A stretch of DNA of 50,733 nt from Octopus bimaculoides (taxonomy: Eukaryota), in the NCBI RefSeq assembly GCF_001194135.2, contig NC_068986.1, positions 72,975,765 to 73,026,497 of the forward strand, read 5' to 3'. The notes below the pieces were generated by a model. That model made no database searches. It worked only from the letters and a program-made list of their open reading frames with translations, and was not told the DNA's origin. Of the stretch, positions 1 to 11,730 are shown piece by piece. Made by a program: the position numbers and the translations under genes. Position 1 is the first letter of the stretch; the number at the start of each line of letters is the position of its first letter.

Positions 1-243
1 CTTGTGCGGGTGGCACATAAAAGACACCATTTCGAGCGTGGCCGTTTTCGTGCGGGTGACACGTAAAAGCACCCACTACACTCTCTGAGTGGTTGGCGTT
101 CATCCAGCTGTAGAAACTCTGCCAAATTAGATTGGAGCCTGGTGTTGCCATCCGGTTTCACCAGTCCTCAGTCAAATTGTCCAACCCATGCTAGCATGGA
201 AAGCGGACGTTAAACGATGATGATGATGATGATGATGATGATG
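1..243 (+). mobile_element. RTE 3' UTR/tail copy with (TGA)n tail, cut by the window start
   Basis: Nearly the reverse complement of 45671-45910; ends GGACGTTAAAC(GAT)n. Confidence 0.88.
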
Positions 244-1544
244 ACCCCTGTCTAGGACCACTGACCTAAAATTATCACATCTAATATATATAGAATAAAT
301 ATACCAAGTTTTGTTTATTTTGTTTGTAAAATTAGTTTACAAGCAGAAATAATGACAAATACATCACTAATAAGTGTGTATACATATGTGTATATGCGTT
401 TGTGTACATATGTGTCTGTGTGTGTGTGTGTGCCTGGATTCATGCTTCTTTTGTTTTGTATGATTATTGTCTTTCGTAGTTTATGCAGTGTGTGACATTC
501 GATACTTGTCAAGAGGTTAATACAACTATGTATGTATGCATTTATATAGTTGCGTATCAACAACAGGAAAGATATCAAATATCATTCATTTGCATTTTCT
601 GTTCATATCTCACTTCATTGTTTGTCATTTAGATCATTTAGATTCATCATAGCTAAACAATATATATATATTTAATTTTGAAGTTACTGCCCAAATACAA
701 ACTGTTAATTTTGAAATAATAACACAAGATGATTTGAAAACGGTTTCTAATGATTAAATGTCTAAACAACATAACATTTTCTCTTGAAAAGCAAAATAAT
801 TTATAAATTTTTAAACATGAGTGAATCACAAGTAAGAGAGAAGAGAAAGCGAAAGAGAAGTCTGTGAGCAGGAGAGAAAGAAGTATGAAAGTCAGACAGT
901 AAGAGGGGAGACTGAAAGTGTGTTTAGAGGTAAATAGGGAGAGAGAGTGAGTGGATTTTAAATAATTCAAAATTGGTTATGCAATTTTGTTTATTTAGCT
1001 TAAACATTCTCTTCCAATAATGACTGAGAAAATGAAATGAAAATATGTTGTATAACATTGAAATATTCTCTAGTGTATACAAACACACTTGTGATTATGA
1101 TCAAATGTGGTTTAATAATTAGAGTAAAATGTTTGAAAAAAAGCATAAAAAATAAACCAAGAAAAGCAAAACATTAGAACAAAAACTGCCTATATTATCA
1201 TTATTGAGTCGGTTTCAGTATGGTTCTTAGTTGGCCACTGTACTTAGCAATGTTACTAGTTATGATATACAGAGCAGAGGCAGTGGAAATTAAGATTAAC
1301 AGCAATATGAATATTTGCAGTTAATTGTAACTCAGCATTGGATGTTCCAAGTGCATTTAGATGCCTAAATGCAATGGATCATCAGGGGAACACTTTCTCA
1401 CATTTTGTTACAGAGTTCAAATATATGATTGATATACACACACACACACACATACATACATGCATGCATGCATGCATATATACATGCATACATATATACA
1501 TACATACATACATATATACATACATACATGCATATATATATTGG

Positions 1545-1768
1545 CCGATGCCACTGCTGCCTGACTGGCTCCCATGCCAGTGGCACATAAAAAGCATCCC
1601 CTACACTCTCAGAGTGGTTGGTGTTAGGAAAGGCATCCAGCTGTAGAAACCCGGCCAAATCAGATTGGAGCTTGGTACAGCCTCCTGGCTTACCAATTCT
1701 CAGTCAAACTGTCCAACCCAAGCTAGCATGGAAAGTGGACATTAAATGACTACAACGATGATGATGAT
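1545..1768 (+). mobile_element. RTE 3' tail copy
   Basis: CCAGTGGCACATAAAAAGCA..AGGAAAGGCATCCAGCTGTAGAAAC..GACATTAAATGA; embedded in TA/CATA repeats. Confidence 0.85.
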
Positions 1769-1921
1769 ATATATACATAAATGTTGAATGAGGAAAATGA
1801 GTGCTTGATACTGCATTGGTGGATATAATTTCTTTATTTGTGAATAAAGCTATCTTTGGTTTCATGTCAAGAAAAATAGGAAAATATCCTAGTGTCTTAA
1901 CAATTTTTCTAGCCAATCACA

Positions 1922-2204
1922 TGGTGTTTTGCCACCAGTATTTATGATGATATTTTTTTACACTATAACAATGTAGTAACAAGAAGACATATAATGAAGC
2001 AGGGTGACAACAATGCAACAATCCAATAAACTCCCCATGAACTATACACGAACCAACTAAAAATATTTCGACAAACTACCAAAAATGACACCTTACGATT
2101 TCTTGCGATTAACACCTACTTTGTCTTTCAGTCAGACCACTACTACTTAAAGTCATTCGGTCGAGTCTACTCTTGCAGGGGGTGTTGTGACTCTTGCCAC
2201 AACA
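1922..2204 (-). repeat. Gypsy 3' LTR
   Basis: Aligns colinearly with 4813-5081 and has an adjacent PPT. Confidence 0.9.
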
Positions 2205-4812
2205 TCCCTTTTGAGATTTCAACTTCCGTAGGAAACAAAATTTTTTTTCATTATTTGAATCTTTTTCTTTTTTTTCAATACCTCTCTCTTTTTGAAATTT
2301 TGCTTCCCTAGAAAGTTCAATACCTTTTCTGCTTTGGAATTATTTCTAAATGTTCAGTCTGTTTACGTTTCCTGCTACTGCTCCTGCTAGGCTTAATCTC
2401 TTTCAGTGCTGGCACATCAAACATGTCATAAAACACTTCCATTGGAATTTCCTTCCTTTCTTCTATATGTCTTGTTTTTAATTGATTTACGTGTTGTTTA
2501 TGGTCCCATCATTGGCCTTTTATTAAACACATCATGTTTCCAATTCTTTTAGTCACTACACCATCCTGTTAACTCTCAAAACCATTCTTGAAAACTTTGA
2601 AATGGACTTTGTCTCTAGCATCAAAATGTTCAGTTGAATTGAAAAAAAAATTTTCTATATGTTTTTTCCTTTGGCAACAATTTGTCGAAGATCAATTTAA
2701 TCTTTCGAGTGAACATTAGCTTTGCAGGTGACTTGTCTGAACTGGTATTTGGACTGGGTGTTTTTCTGTATCTCCATTCTTTGTGTGTACATTAATACAT
2801 CGCTGCAGAGTGAAAAATGATTTGCATTCGTGTTTCTCTTTTATTATTTATTTTTCAAGGTTTCCTTCATTTTTATGATGTATTTGTCCTCCATTGATTT
2901 ACATTTTATATCTTGTACAGTCACTGGCAACTCATGAATGACATTACTCATGAATGACATAGATAATGTTTATAATTTCCTTTTCTGATTTTAATGCCGC
3001 TATCACTGTATCTTCCAATGGTTCTGCATTCTCTAGAATAAGCCTAGATAGACAATCTCCATGGCCAATTTTCTTCAAAAGAATGTACTCCAACTTAAAA
3101 TTGTAATATAACAAGATTGTACTCCAGTGTTGTAATCTGTTAACTGTACAGGTTGAAATTCCTTTCTTCGATCTGAAAATTGATAGTAATGATCGATGGT
3201 CCGTCTGAAGCTGAAAACTTCTACCATGGAGAAATCTGTGAAATTTCTTCCCGGCAAAAATAATCACAAGAGCTTATTTCTCTATCTGACTGTAGTTTTT
3301 TTTCTGCTGCAATCAGACTATACGAGGCATGAGCTACTGCCTTCATATTACTGTCTTTATATTTGTGTAGCAAAACTGCTCCTACACTGTATTCAGAAGT
3401 GTCAGAAGCTACAACAATCTCCATTGCAGGATCGAAATGAGCCAGCAACAAATCCAAAATTAATATTTTTTTAATATCCTGAATAACCTTTTGACAGTTA
3501 TTTGACCAATTCTATTTGGCGTCTTTCTTTAGTAAATTATTAAATGGAGTTTTCAATTCATACATGTTTGGTATGTAATTTTGATAATAGTTCTCTAGGC
3601 CAAGAAAAGCTTGTAATGTCACTATGTTAATTGGGGGAGGGATATTTTTAATTGCATCTGCCCTCGACAGATCATGTCATCTTCCATTTTTATCTATAAT
3701 TTGTCCTAAATATTTAATTTTAGGCAAAAAAAATTTCACATTTCTCCTCACTAAGTGTAAAATTGTAATCTCTTATTTTTTTGAAAAACACACTTTACAT
3801 ATTTGATATGCTGATCATGAGATTCACTTTTAATTCATCAAAGTATGGAATTGTAAATTGACAGTCTGCCAACATCGCATCCATAACTGTAACTGTAATA
3901 CTTTTATGCTTTGAAAGGACACTCCTCCTTGAAATGTAGGGCTCTACACCTATAGTTGATCTTAACATTTTTTTTGTTTATACCTTCCCAGTTGTATATG
4001 CTTGTACTTGTGAGAACTCCCTCTCTTCAATTTTCTTTATGTCCTGACATAAGTTTACCATTCTTTGACACTCCTTTGCAACTGTCTGCAAGGTTAAACT
4101 TTGGTCTGCTTGTTCAAGTTTTGTGAAAATTCTTGCATGTATCTCTGCATCTTTGTTTGCTGTAAGCCCTTGTACAAAAATGAGGCACTTAAACATATCG
4201 GGAGTTAGTTTCTTCAGTTTAAACCTTTCACACATTCGGTTTACAGTCCAAGCACACATGACAAAGTCTTCATCTTCTTTTTTAACTAGATTCCAACACT
4301 CCCACCTAGTGTTAAGTAGAGAACTCTTATCACTAAATATCTTTGCTAGTAGTTTATCTGTTTCCTGGAAACACATTTCACTAGTTTTTTGGGTAGTATG
4401 AAATTACAATATTTTTTCATGTTTAGCCAGTGCTAATTTACGAAATAATAGCCTTACTTTTTCATTGTCTGCCCACGACTTGCAATCTTCCCTGAAGATT
4501 TCTTCATATCTTCTAAAGTATGCTGCGAATGTTATACCCTCTTCAGGGTCATAACTGAATTCTGATATAGAGTTCAATACGCTGTCTGGCAAAAACGAAC
4601 TTATTGTGTTTCCAGACTTCTTAAGACATAGCTCCATTAACTGTTGTTGTTTTTCTTGTTGCTGAAGTAGTTGTTTCTGCAACTCCTGTTGTTGTTCTTG
4701 CTGATGTTTTTGCAATTGTATTATAGAAGCTAGTAGGTCTTCCATCATTAACAACTTTGTATCACAAAAATTTGTTAACTAACCTGCGTGAGCTTTGAAT
4801 CCTTGTCACTAT

Positions 4813-5081
4813 TATTGTTATTTCGCCAATATTTATGATAATACTTTTTTACACTATAGCCATGTAGTAACAATAAAACATATAACAACAATATAACAAT
4901 CCAACAAACTCTCCATGATCTATACATGAACCAACAAATGATATTCTGACAAACTACCAAAACGACACCTTATGACTTCCTGTGATTAATGCCTACTCTG
5001 TCCCTCACTCAGATTGTTACTATTTATAGTTGTTCAGTCAAGTCTGTTCTCACAGGGAGTGTCGTGACTCTCACCACAACA
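4813..5081 (-). repeat. Gypsy 5' LTR
   Basis: Aligns with 1922-2204 and has an adjacent PBS at about 4799-4812. Confidence 0.9.
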
Positions 5082-5099
5082 CATGGAGAAAGGTGTTCA

Positions 5100-5636
5100 T
5101 CTCCATTTTGGAAAACAGTCTCGTTTAGTTCATGGGAGTTCTTGTAAATTTGCATGAATAAAACAATGAATCAAAGGATGTTACTCTTGTGGGGCATCTT
5201 TTGGATGTTTGTCTCTCTTGGATTTATGCTTTGAGCAAATTTTTTTTGTGTGGTCATTTTGTTTGCATTCTTTGTTTTTGTTCTGGGCATGGTGTTTTTA
5301 TACTTATGTGCTGAGGTAGTTCATCATTGGGACATATTTCTTCTTGGAAGTTTGTGCTTAGGAAAGGGGCTACCCTGATGGGATTACTGTTGTGGATAGG
5401 GGCTCTTCTTTGAAATATTCGAGTGCAAAATATTGCCTATGTATGCAGGGGAAGAAGGTTTCATCCCTAATGTTTAGGATGTTATCTGTTGATTGTATAA
5501 TGTTTAATTTTTCATAATTACAGAGTTCACATTTGGTACCTCATCCTCTGTATTTTTTGGCTTTAATAATAATTTTCCATTCTATTGGGGGTTGCTTATT
5601 CCACCTTCTTTCAATGTCCATATCATATTTGACCAT
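5100..5636 (-). mobile_element. Penelope-like element: C-terminal GIY-YIG endonuclease region plus 3' sequence, inverted
   Basis: The - strand reads (with frameshifts) IWTLKEGG..IEWKIIIKAKKY..TKCELCNYEKLNIIQ..NILNIRDETFFPCIHR, the typical PLE endonuclease C-terminus (W.I...C.LC..EK..I...LN.R.E...C.H). Confidence 0.75.
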
Positions 5637-6516
5637 TATGGTTTCAGATCTTGTAAAAACCTATCACGTATCAAAGACCTCGAAAAATTTGAAGACGATC
5701 TTATAAAGTTAGTTAGAAATGTAAAAGTCAACCAAAGATCCAACAAGTTCCTACACACATTACAGACATACATTGAACCTTTCAAAACATCAATTATTAA
5801 AGCAGATAAAACAAAAATTATTCATGAAGTAAACAACCAAACATACAACAAATTACTAACTGACGACATAACTAAAACATACAAGAAAATAAAGCCCACT
5901 GCTTATAATTAAATTAATGAAGAAGTAAAAAATTTAGCCACATAGTTTGAAATAGAAGACAAAGTAGAAAAGCTTATCTCACAAAATCCTTTTATAACTC
6001 TGAAAGATGACAAAAATAACCTCACGCAAAATCCTAGCTGCAGATTAATAAATCTCACAAAAAGTGAAAATAGGAATTATTAGTAAATCCCATATTAGAT
6101 AATATTATATGATATATCAGGGCACACTCAAATTTTACAAAATGGATATGCAGTTGTGCAATTATTGAACAGTTTAAGAAAATAGAAGATAAATCCAAAT
6201 GCAAATTTATACAATCCAATATAGTTGAGTTCTACCCCTCGATCTTCAAAAGCTTGCTTCAGAAGGCACTTGAATTTAGTAAAACATATGTCACTATAAC
6301 AAATACCGATATAGATATAATTATGAATGCAAGGAAGTCATTATTTTTCATGATAATTCCTACTGGGTAAAAAAGAATGGAGACAAGTTATTTGATGTGG
6401 CAATGGGGAGCTATGACAGTGTAGAGATAGCTGACCTTGTAGGCCTTTATATCCTAGATACCCTTAAAAACGAAATAAAAGAAGCTAACATAGATTAATA
6501 TAGAGACAATGGGGTA
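5637..6516 (+). mobile_element. Penelope-like element RT, N-terminal and core part (degenerate)
   Basis: YGFRS..DLEKFEDDLIKLV; KADKT; PFITLKD..NPSCRLIN; IVEFYPSI; FDVAMGSYDSVEIADLVG; YRDNG (YRDDG-type catalytic motif). Confidence 0.88.
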
Positions 6517-6900
6517 GCTTTTTCAAAAGTGTCTTTGTTCACAGATAAATTGGAGATGCACCTGCTAATGTAGTTAACCATTTGTTTAATTACTGTTGGT
6601 GGGTAGTTGGAACCTATGTCTATGTAAGAGGTTTCCTCGTTTTGTTTGTAGTAGCATTTAAATTTTCCTGTGTTAAGATTCATGTTAATGTCTAGAAAGT
6701 TGACTTTTTATGGTTTGTACTTATAGTGGTTCTTAGGCCTAATTGATGAAATATTTTGCATAATTTTCTCCTTATTCTATCCATATCATGTCTGTTTTTA
6801 TTGGGTACTACCCTCAGGCCTTTGTCTCTATATTAATCTATGTTAGCTTCTTTTATTTCGTTTTCCATTTGTTGTGTTTCTGTGAAATTTTTTAAATATA
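6517..6900 (-). mobile_element. Penelope-like element RT, C-terminal part, inverted
   Basis: The - strand reads YRDKGL..KLCKIFHQLGL..KVNFLDINMNLNTGKFK..SNYPPTVIKQ..ISRCIS. About 45 bp (GAAATAAAAGAAGCTAACATAGATTAATATAGAGACAA) is duplicated in inverted orientation at about 6470-6510 and about 6820-6862. Confidence 0.85.
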
Positions 6901-7324
6901 TATATATATCGATCAGTAGTTTATATATCCAAAGAAAGAAGTAGACTCTAAAACCTTAGAGTAGTAATATTTAGAAGGTTGTTTGTTATGGCTGGTCAGA
7001 GAGTGATCATTGGTTTCACATCTATAAAGTGCTTAGCTGTATAGGTGACTCATCAGACTCAAATGGCAGGAGGCATATGACCTCTCTACAACTGGAGGAA
7101 GGAAAACGTTATGGTTAGTTAATTTTGTAAACAGAAAAAGTCCAGGATGAAACTCCACTGGCAAAGTATAGGGCAAGATGGAGTTATTTCCCTTAGATAC
7201 CCCTTAGACCTGAAACAGTTATATCTATGACAGGCTTGTTGAAGCTGTCTGAGACTTTCAGGATTTACCAAGTTCCACAAATGTGGAATTTCATGCTTCC
7301 AACATGAATTTCATTTTGTGCAGT

Positions 7325-7720
7325 GTATAAAGCTGAGGTGGTGACCAGCACTGGTGGACACAGCAGTAGTGTTGGCAGCAACAACACATCCTATGAGAAC
7401 AACAGCAGCAACAGCAATTGCAATGGTGATGGCAGCTGTTACATCAGCAGTGTGTCAAGTAACAGCAGCAGCTACAACATCAATATTGATAGTAACTAAG
7501 CAACAACAGCACCAACAATGCATCTGGTAGTGGCAGCAACAGCAGCCTTGTTGGCAGCATCTGCAGCACCAGGATTGGATCCAGCAATAGCAGCAGCAAA
7601 CGCAGCAATACCAGCAGCAACAGTGGTAGCAGTAACAGTAGCAACATCAAAAGTGGGCCCAGCAGTGACAACAACATCAGACAACAGCAGTAACACCATC
7701 AATACAAGAGCACAGAACAC
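7325..7720. repeat. Degenerate (AGC/AAC/GCA)n low-complexity tract
   Basis: CAGCAG/CAACAG periodicity gives Ser/Asn-, Ala/Thr- and Leu-rich pseudo-ORFs in several frames. Confidence 0.7.
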
Positions 7721-8039
7721 AAACATATTTGATCTACAAACGGCCTGTTGAAGCATTGACTGAACAACTACAGGTCCTCATTTAGGATACCAGAGAAGTG
7801 CAACATCACATCCGTGACCAGCTACGTGAGGCCTTTAAAGAAGGAGAGTATGCCATGCATAATTAAATGGAGGCTTCTAGAAGAACCAAGGCCATACCTC
7901 AATGGGAGAAAATAATATAAGCTTTACATAGTGGTAAAAGCAAGAATCCTGAAAAACTTATTTGACCCAGGGACCTTTTTAAACTCCAAAGGAGAGGAAA
8001 TTCGTTTTAGAAGCATGAAATGCCCCATTTGCCAACTAA

Positions 8040-8230
8040 GTACCCACCAGGCTTGGACATCTTTGGCAGGCCTACTAAATACTGCTTGCCACAGTTCTAT
8101 CCTGGTAACCAACTACTTGACAGTCCTTCACCCTCCCAGAAGTTCAAATCTTGCTTCCTGTAACTTTTGGTTGTTCTCTAAGTGGAAGGAGAACCTCAGG
8201 TACAGTCATTTTGAAGTCATTAATATGCTG
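8040..8230 (+). mobile_element. Mariner transposase C-terminal remnant
   Basis: LNTACHSSILVTNYL..VLHPPRSSNLASCNFWLFSKWKENLR resembles HDNAPxH...HPPYSPDLAPCDFWLFPKLK. Confidence 0.75.
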
Positions 8231-8289
8231 GAAAAGAGTGTGACATATATATGTATATATACAGAGAGAGAGAGAGAGAGAAATTCAGT

Positions 8290-9270
8290 TTCGCACAGGA
8301 GTTCTGCTAAACCTATAAAGGCAAAATTCCAGATCAAAGATAAAAATCAAGGAAGAGATTATATGTAATTTTCTGTTTGCTGATGATTGTACTTTGATTT
8401 CTCATACATTTGAGGAAATTCAGGAAATAGTCACTAGGTTTGCTGCATCACCTTGTGCATTTGGACAGACTATCAGCATCAAGAAGTTTAAAGTTTTATC
8501 CCAATCAAATCTTGGGACAGAACATATGCAATATTCAAATGTTATGATTGACAATGAGCCACTCATATGGGTCAGGTCATTCAAATATCTTGGAAGTACA
8601 GAAGACTTTAAGAATACTCTTGATCACGAAATCAGTATTAGAATATCTAAGGCTACCAAGTGCTTCTGGAAAATTTTTCCACCATTTGTGGGATGAACAC
8701 AGTGTCAGTCTGAAAATCAACATAAGTGTAAATAAATCTTGTATTTTGAGTACACTTCTGTATAGGGCAGAGGCATATAAAGAAACTTGAAACCTTTCAC
8801 ATGTCCTGACTGTACAATATCTGTAACATAAACTGGCAAGATAAGATATCAAATGTGAAAACCCTAGAAAAATGTAATATCACTAGTATCAAAAGCATGC
8901 TGCTGAGAATTCAGTGCAGATGGTTAGAACATGATTGAATGTTTAAGGCCAACAAGTAAAGGGATACCACAATCAAGGAAGACCCATCCTTTGGTATAAG
9001 GATAAGTTGAAGCAATCACTTAAATCTCTACTGCTTAATTTGACATCTTGGGAAAGTTATTGCCTAGATCTATCTTCATGGAGTAAAATGTGTTATGATG
9101 CATCAAAACAATTGAGTTGAAGAAACAGAACAATAAAAGAATTATATTCTACCATCAACAAACACATTTGTACATTCCCAGGCAAAATCAAAATCATCAG
9201 TATCCCCGTTGTAACTTCATAGCAAAATCCATACTAGGACTCAAATTACATTCACACATCCATCACAAAT
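8290..9270 (+). mobile_element. RTE-clade LINE 3' fragment (BovB/RTE-1-like), degenerate
   Basis: FADDCTLISHTFEEIQEIVTRFAA..FGQTISIKK; FKYLGS..LDHEISIRISKA; ILSTLLY; decayed C-terminal Cys/His motif. Confidence 0.85.
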
Positions 9271-9319
9271 AGATGCAGCATTTTTTTATTTTTAAACATT
9301 TTTTCTTTCTTTTAATCCA

Positions 9320-9850
9320 CTCCTTCAAACACTCATACATCGAAATTGACGGCAGTGACCATTAATTATATATCTATATGGTGAGCTTGCAGAGGGGAAA
9401 CGCAATCAATGTAAACCTAAAAAGAGGTTTAAGGATGGCATAAGGACTACCATGAAGTCACTTGGAATAGATCCAAAGACCATAGAAACCCTTGCTTTAG
9501 ATCAAGCTGGATGGCAAACAAAAATGTAGAGTAGAGTGAAAGCATTTGAGGAGGTCAGGATAATACACACAAGACTCAAGAGGGATTTAAAGAAGAATAT
9601 TGTGATTGAGAAGGTGAATCTCAGTGACCTTTTTGTGTGCACAGTTTGTAACAGACCATGTCTTTCTTTTGCTGGGCTGAAATCTCATTTGAGGATCCAT
9701 GAAAAATGAACTTCCACCAACTATTCTGCCTATATATTTGTGCACACCTTCTAATGCTGTGTATGCCATAAGGTCAGCAAATCTGATGGAGGTCTCAAAA
9801 GATATTTTAAGACCCACAAAGACTAGAACTTAACTGCAGCTCTTGGTGAT
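9320..9850 (+). mobile_element. Second RTE-clade LINE 3' fragment with terminal C2H2-like motif
   Basis: YGELAEGKRNQ..PKKRFKDGIK..LALDQAGW..FVCTVCNRPCLSFAGLKSHLRIH. Confidence 0.8.
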
Positions 9851-10072
9851 CCAAATCAGATATGCAATCTATGTGGGTGTCTTTTCGATACATTGTCTGG
9901 TTTAAAAACCACATCAGACGCCATGATGTATCTACGGTGTAGGTACAAGAGATGGTCAGACTCTGCATAAGGAGTAGACAACCGCCATATATATAAGTAT
10001 GTATATGTACACACATGCATACACACATACACATGCAAGCACACACACACACTCACTATGTTCATATATGTG

Positions 10073-10102
<30 letters not shown>

Positions 10103-10103
<1 letters not shown>

Positions 10104-10260
10104 TATCATCAACATTTAATGTTCATTTTCCATGCTGGCATGAAATGGATGACTTGACAGGAACTAGCAAAGCCAGGGGGCCATACCAGGTTTCATAGTC
10201 CGTTTTGGCTTGGTTTCTACAGCTGGATACCCTTCCAAACACCAACCACCTTGTGCTTTT
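10103..10260 (-). mobile_element. Old RTE 3' tail copy
   Basis: TCATCAACATTTAATGTTCATTTTCCATGCTGGCATG..TTTCTACAGCTGGATACCCTTCC next to (TA)n. Confidence 0.8.
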
Positions 10261-10324
10261 TATGTGGCAGCAGCACCATCAATTCTGTTGTGGTGGGTGG
10301 GTCTTCTTGAGTACAGCAATGCAC

Positions 10325-10502
10325 CACAAGTGTGACTATGTGGTAAGAAGCTTGCTTCCCAATCACATAGTTCTAGGTTCAGTCTCACTGCATGGCACTT
10401 CGGGCAAGTGTCTTTTACTATAGCTGACCAAAGCCTGGTGAATAGATTTCGTAGATGGAAACTGAAAGAAATCCATTGTGTATGTGTGTGTGCGTGTGTG
10501 TT

Positions 10503-10534
<32 letters not shown>

Positions 10535-10644
10535 TGTGTATGTGTGTTTGTGTGTGTGTGTTTGTGCGTGTGTGTGTGTGCATGTGTGTTTGTGTGTGTG
10601 CGTGTTTGTGCATGTGCGTGTGTGTTTGTATGTGTGTGTGTGTG

Positions 10645-10684
<40 letters not shown>

Positions 10685-10890
10685 TGTCTGTGTTTGTCCC
10701 CCACTACCACTTGACAACCGTTGTTGGTGTGTTTATATCCCCATAACTTAGTTGTTCGGCACAAAAGACTGATAGAATAAGTACTAGGCTTTAAAAAATA
10801 TATCCTGGGGTTGATTCGTTTGACTAAAAATCGTCAGGGAGGTGCCCCAACATGGCTGCAATCAAATGACTGAAACAAGTAAAATATAAA
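10325..10890 (+). mobile_element. SINE family A with an about 210-bp internal (TG)n expansion
   Basis: Head and tail align to 40755-41173. Confidence 0.85.
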
Positions 10891-11062
10891 CGATATCTCA
10901 CAATAGGGATTAATCACAGCTAAGAATACTGATTAAATGTCTTAGCTGGATACCACCATTTTGGGAAGTATTGGTCAAGTAGGTCTGTTAGGTATATATA
11001 AAAGTATCATATTAATTTCATTTGTTCCTTGTATAACATCAATTACTTTGCTTTTATTTCAG

Positions 11063-11107
11063 GACTTTAAAGGACTTGAAGAAATGAAGAAATTTCTGTA
11101 CAAGTAA
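11063..11107 (+). CDS. Probable terminal coding exon of an unidentified upstream gene (DFKGLEEMKKFLYK* if phase 0; TLKDLKK* in the alternative frame)
   Basis: Strong acceptor TTACTTTGCTTTTATTTCAG, purine-rich codon-like sequence and a stop TAA. Non-repetitive AT-rich sequence follows, with AATAAA at 11326-11331. No family was recognised and the frame is unproven. Confidence 0.45.
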   Translation, partial: DFKGLEEMKKFLYK

Positions 11108-11325
11108 CATTTATGTCTGGCATAAAATGTTTGGCTGCACCATAAGATTTTCTTTATATATTTGCACTGCAGGACAACTCACTTAACAACTCGCTTCCTG
11201 GAATGTTACATTTTTCTTAAAATGTTTTACTTACATTAACGATAAGATGTTACTGAAGGATGTTGTTGGCCTAAGATGTTAAAACGGAACATAGATTTTG
11301 TAGCTTATATAGGAAATATGTCAAA

Positions 11326-11331
11326 AATAAA
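11326..11331 (+). terminator. Candidate polyadenylation signal AATAAA of the upstream gene
   Basis: AATAAA about 220 nt after the putative stop. The hexamer is common in AT-rich DNA, so support is weak. Confidence 0.3.
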
Positions 11332-11519
11332 GAGTTATTCACTCTAATGATAAAATGAATAATATAAATATCACTTGGCATTTTAGACTAGAACATTTAT
11401 ATTATGATCCCAGTAGAATACCTGGCATTTGGCCAATGTTTTGATTCAGTAAACCTAGCTTTCAAATCTCTTTGACTTACTTTTTCACAACCCATTTTCT
11501 CTTAATATATATATTCTTT

Positions 11520-11730
11520 GTCATTGTCATTGTTGTCATCATCATTATCATCATCATTGTTGTTTTAATGTCCACCTTTTTATGCTTTCTTAGGTCAGGC
11601 AGAATTTGTTGAAGCACATTTTCTTATGGCAGATAGATACCTTTCCTATCACCAACCCTCACCTGTCTCCAAGTAAGATGATAAATATTTCCCCATGCTT
11701 AGACATATTTTCATGGAAGACTGGAAATGT
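11520..11730 (-). mobile_element. SINE family B, 3' half
   Basis: Reverse complement of about 22200-22385 including the (TCA)n tail. Confidence 0.7.

Larger units (their letters stand above)
1922..5081 (-). mobile_element. Internally deleted, degenerate Ty3/Gypsy LTR retrotransposon with both LTRs
   Basis: Direct repeats at 1922-2204 and 4813-5081 end in ...CACAACA. On the - strand the decayed PBS TAGTGACAAGGAT (from TGGCGACGAGG) follows the 5' LTR and the purine tract AAAAGGGA precedes the 3' LTR. Coding remnants are gag (FSYDPEEGITFAAYFRRYEEIF; FKCLIFVQGL), a partial RT (YFDE), RNase H (LAHFDP..VVASDTSEYSVGAVL; FQLQTDHRSLL) and integrase fragments. No TSD was found. Confidence 0.92.

Noticed and set aside
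1917-5086. Target-site duplication of the Gypsy element
   Set aside because: The flanks TCACA and CATGG do not match.
5100-6900. Hammerhead ribozyme expected in Penelope terminal repeats
   Set aside because: By eye I found no intact CTGANGA...GAAA core with pairing stems. An Infernal search with hammerhead models would be decisive.
10260-10764. His/Thr- and Cys/Val-rich ORFs
   Set aside because: They are translations of the (TG)n tract inside a SINE.
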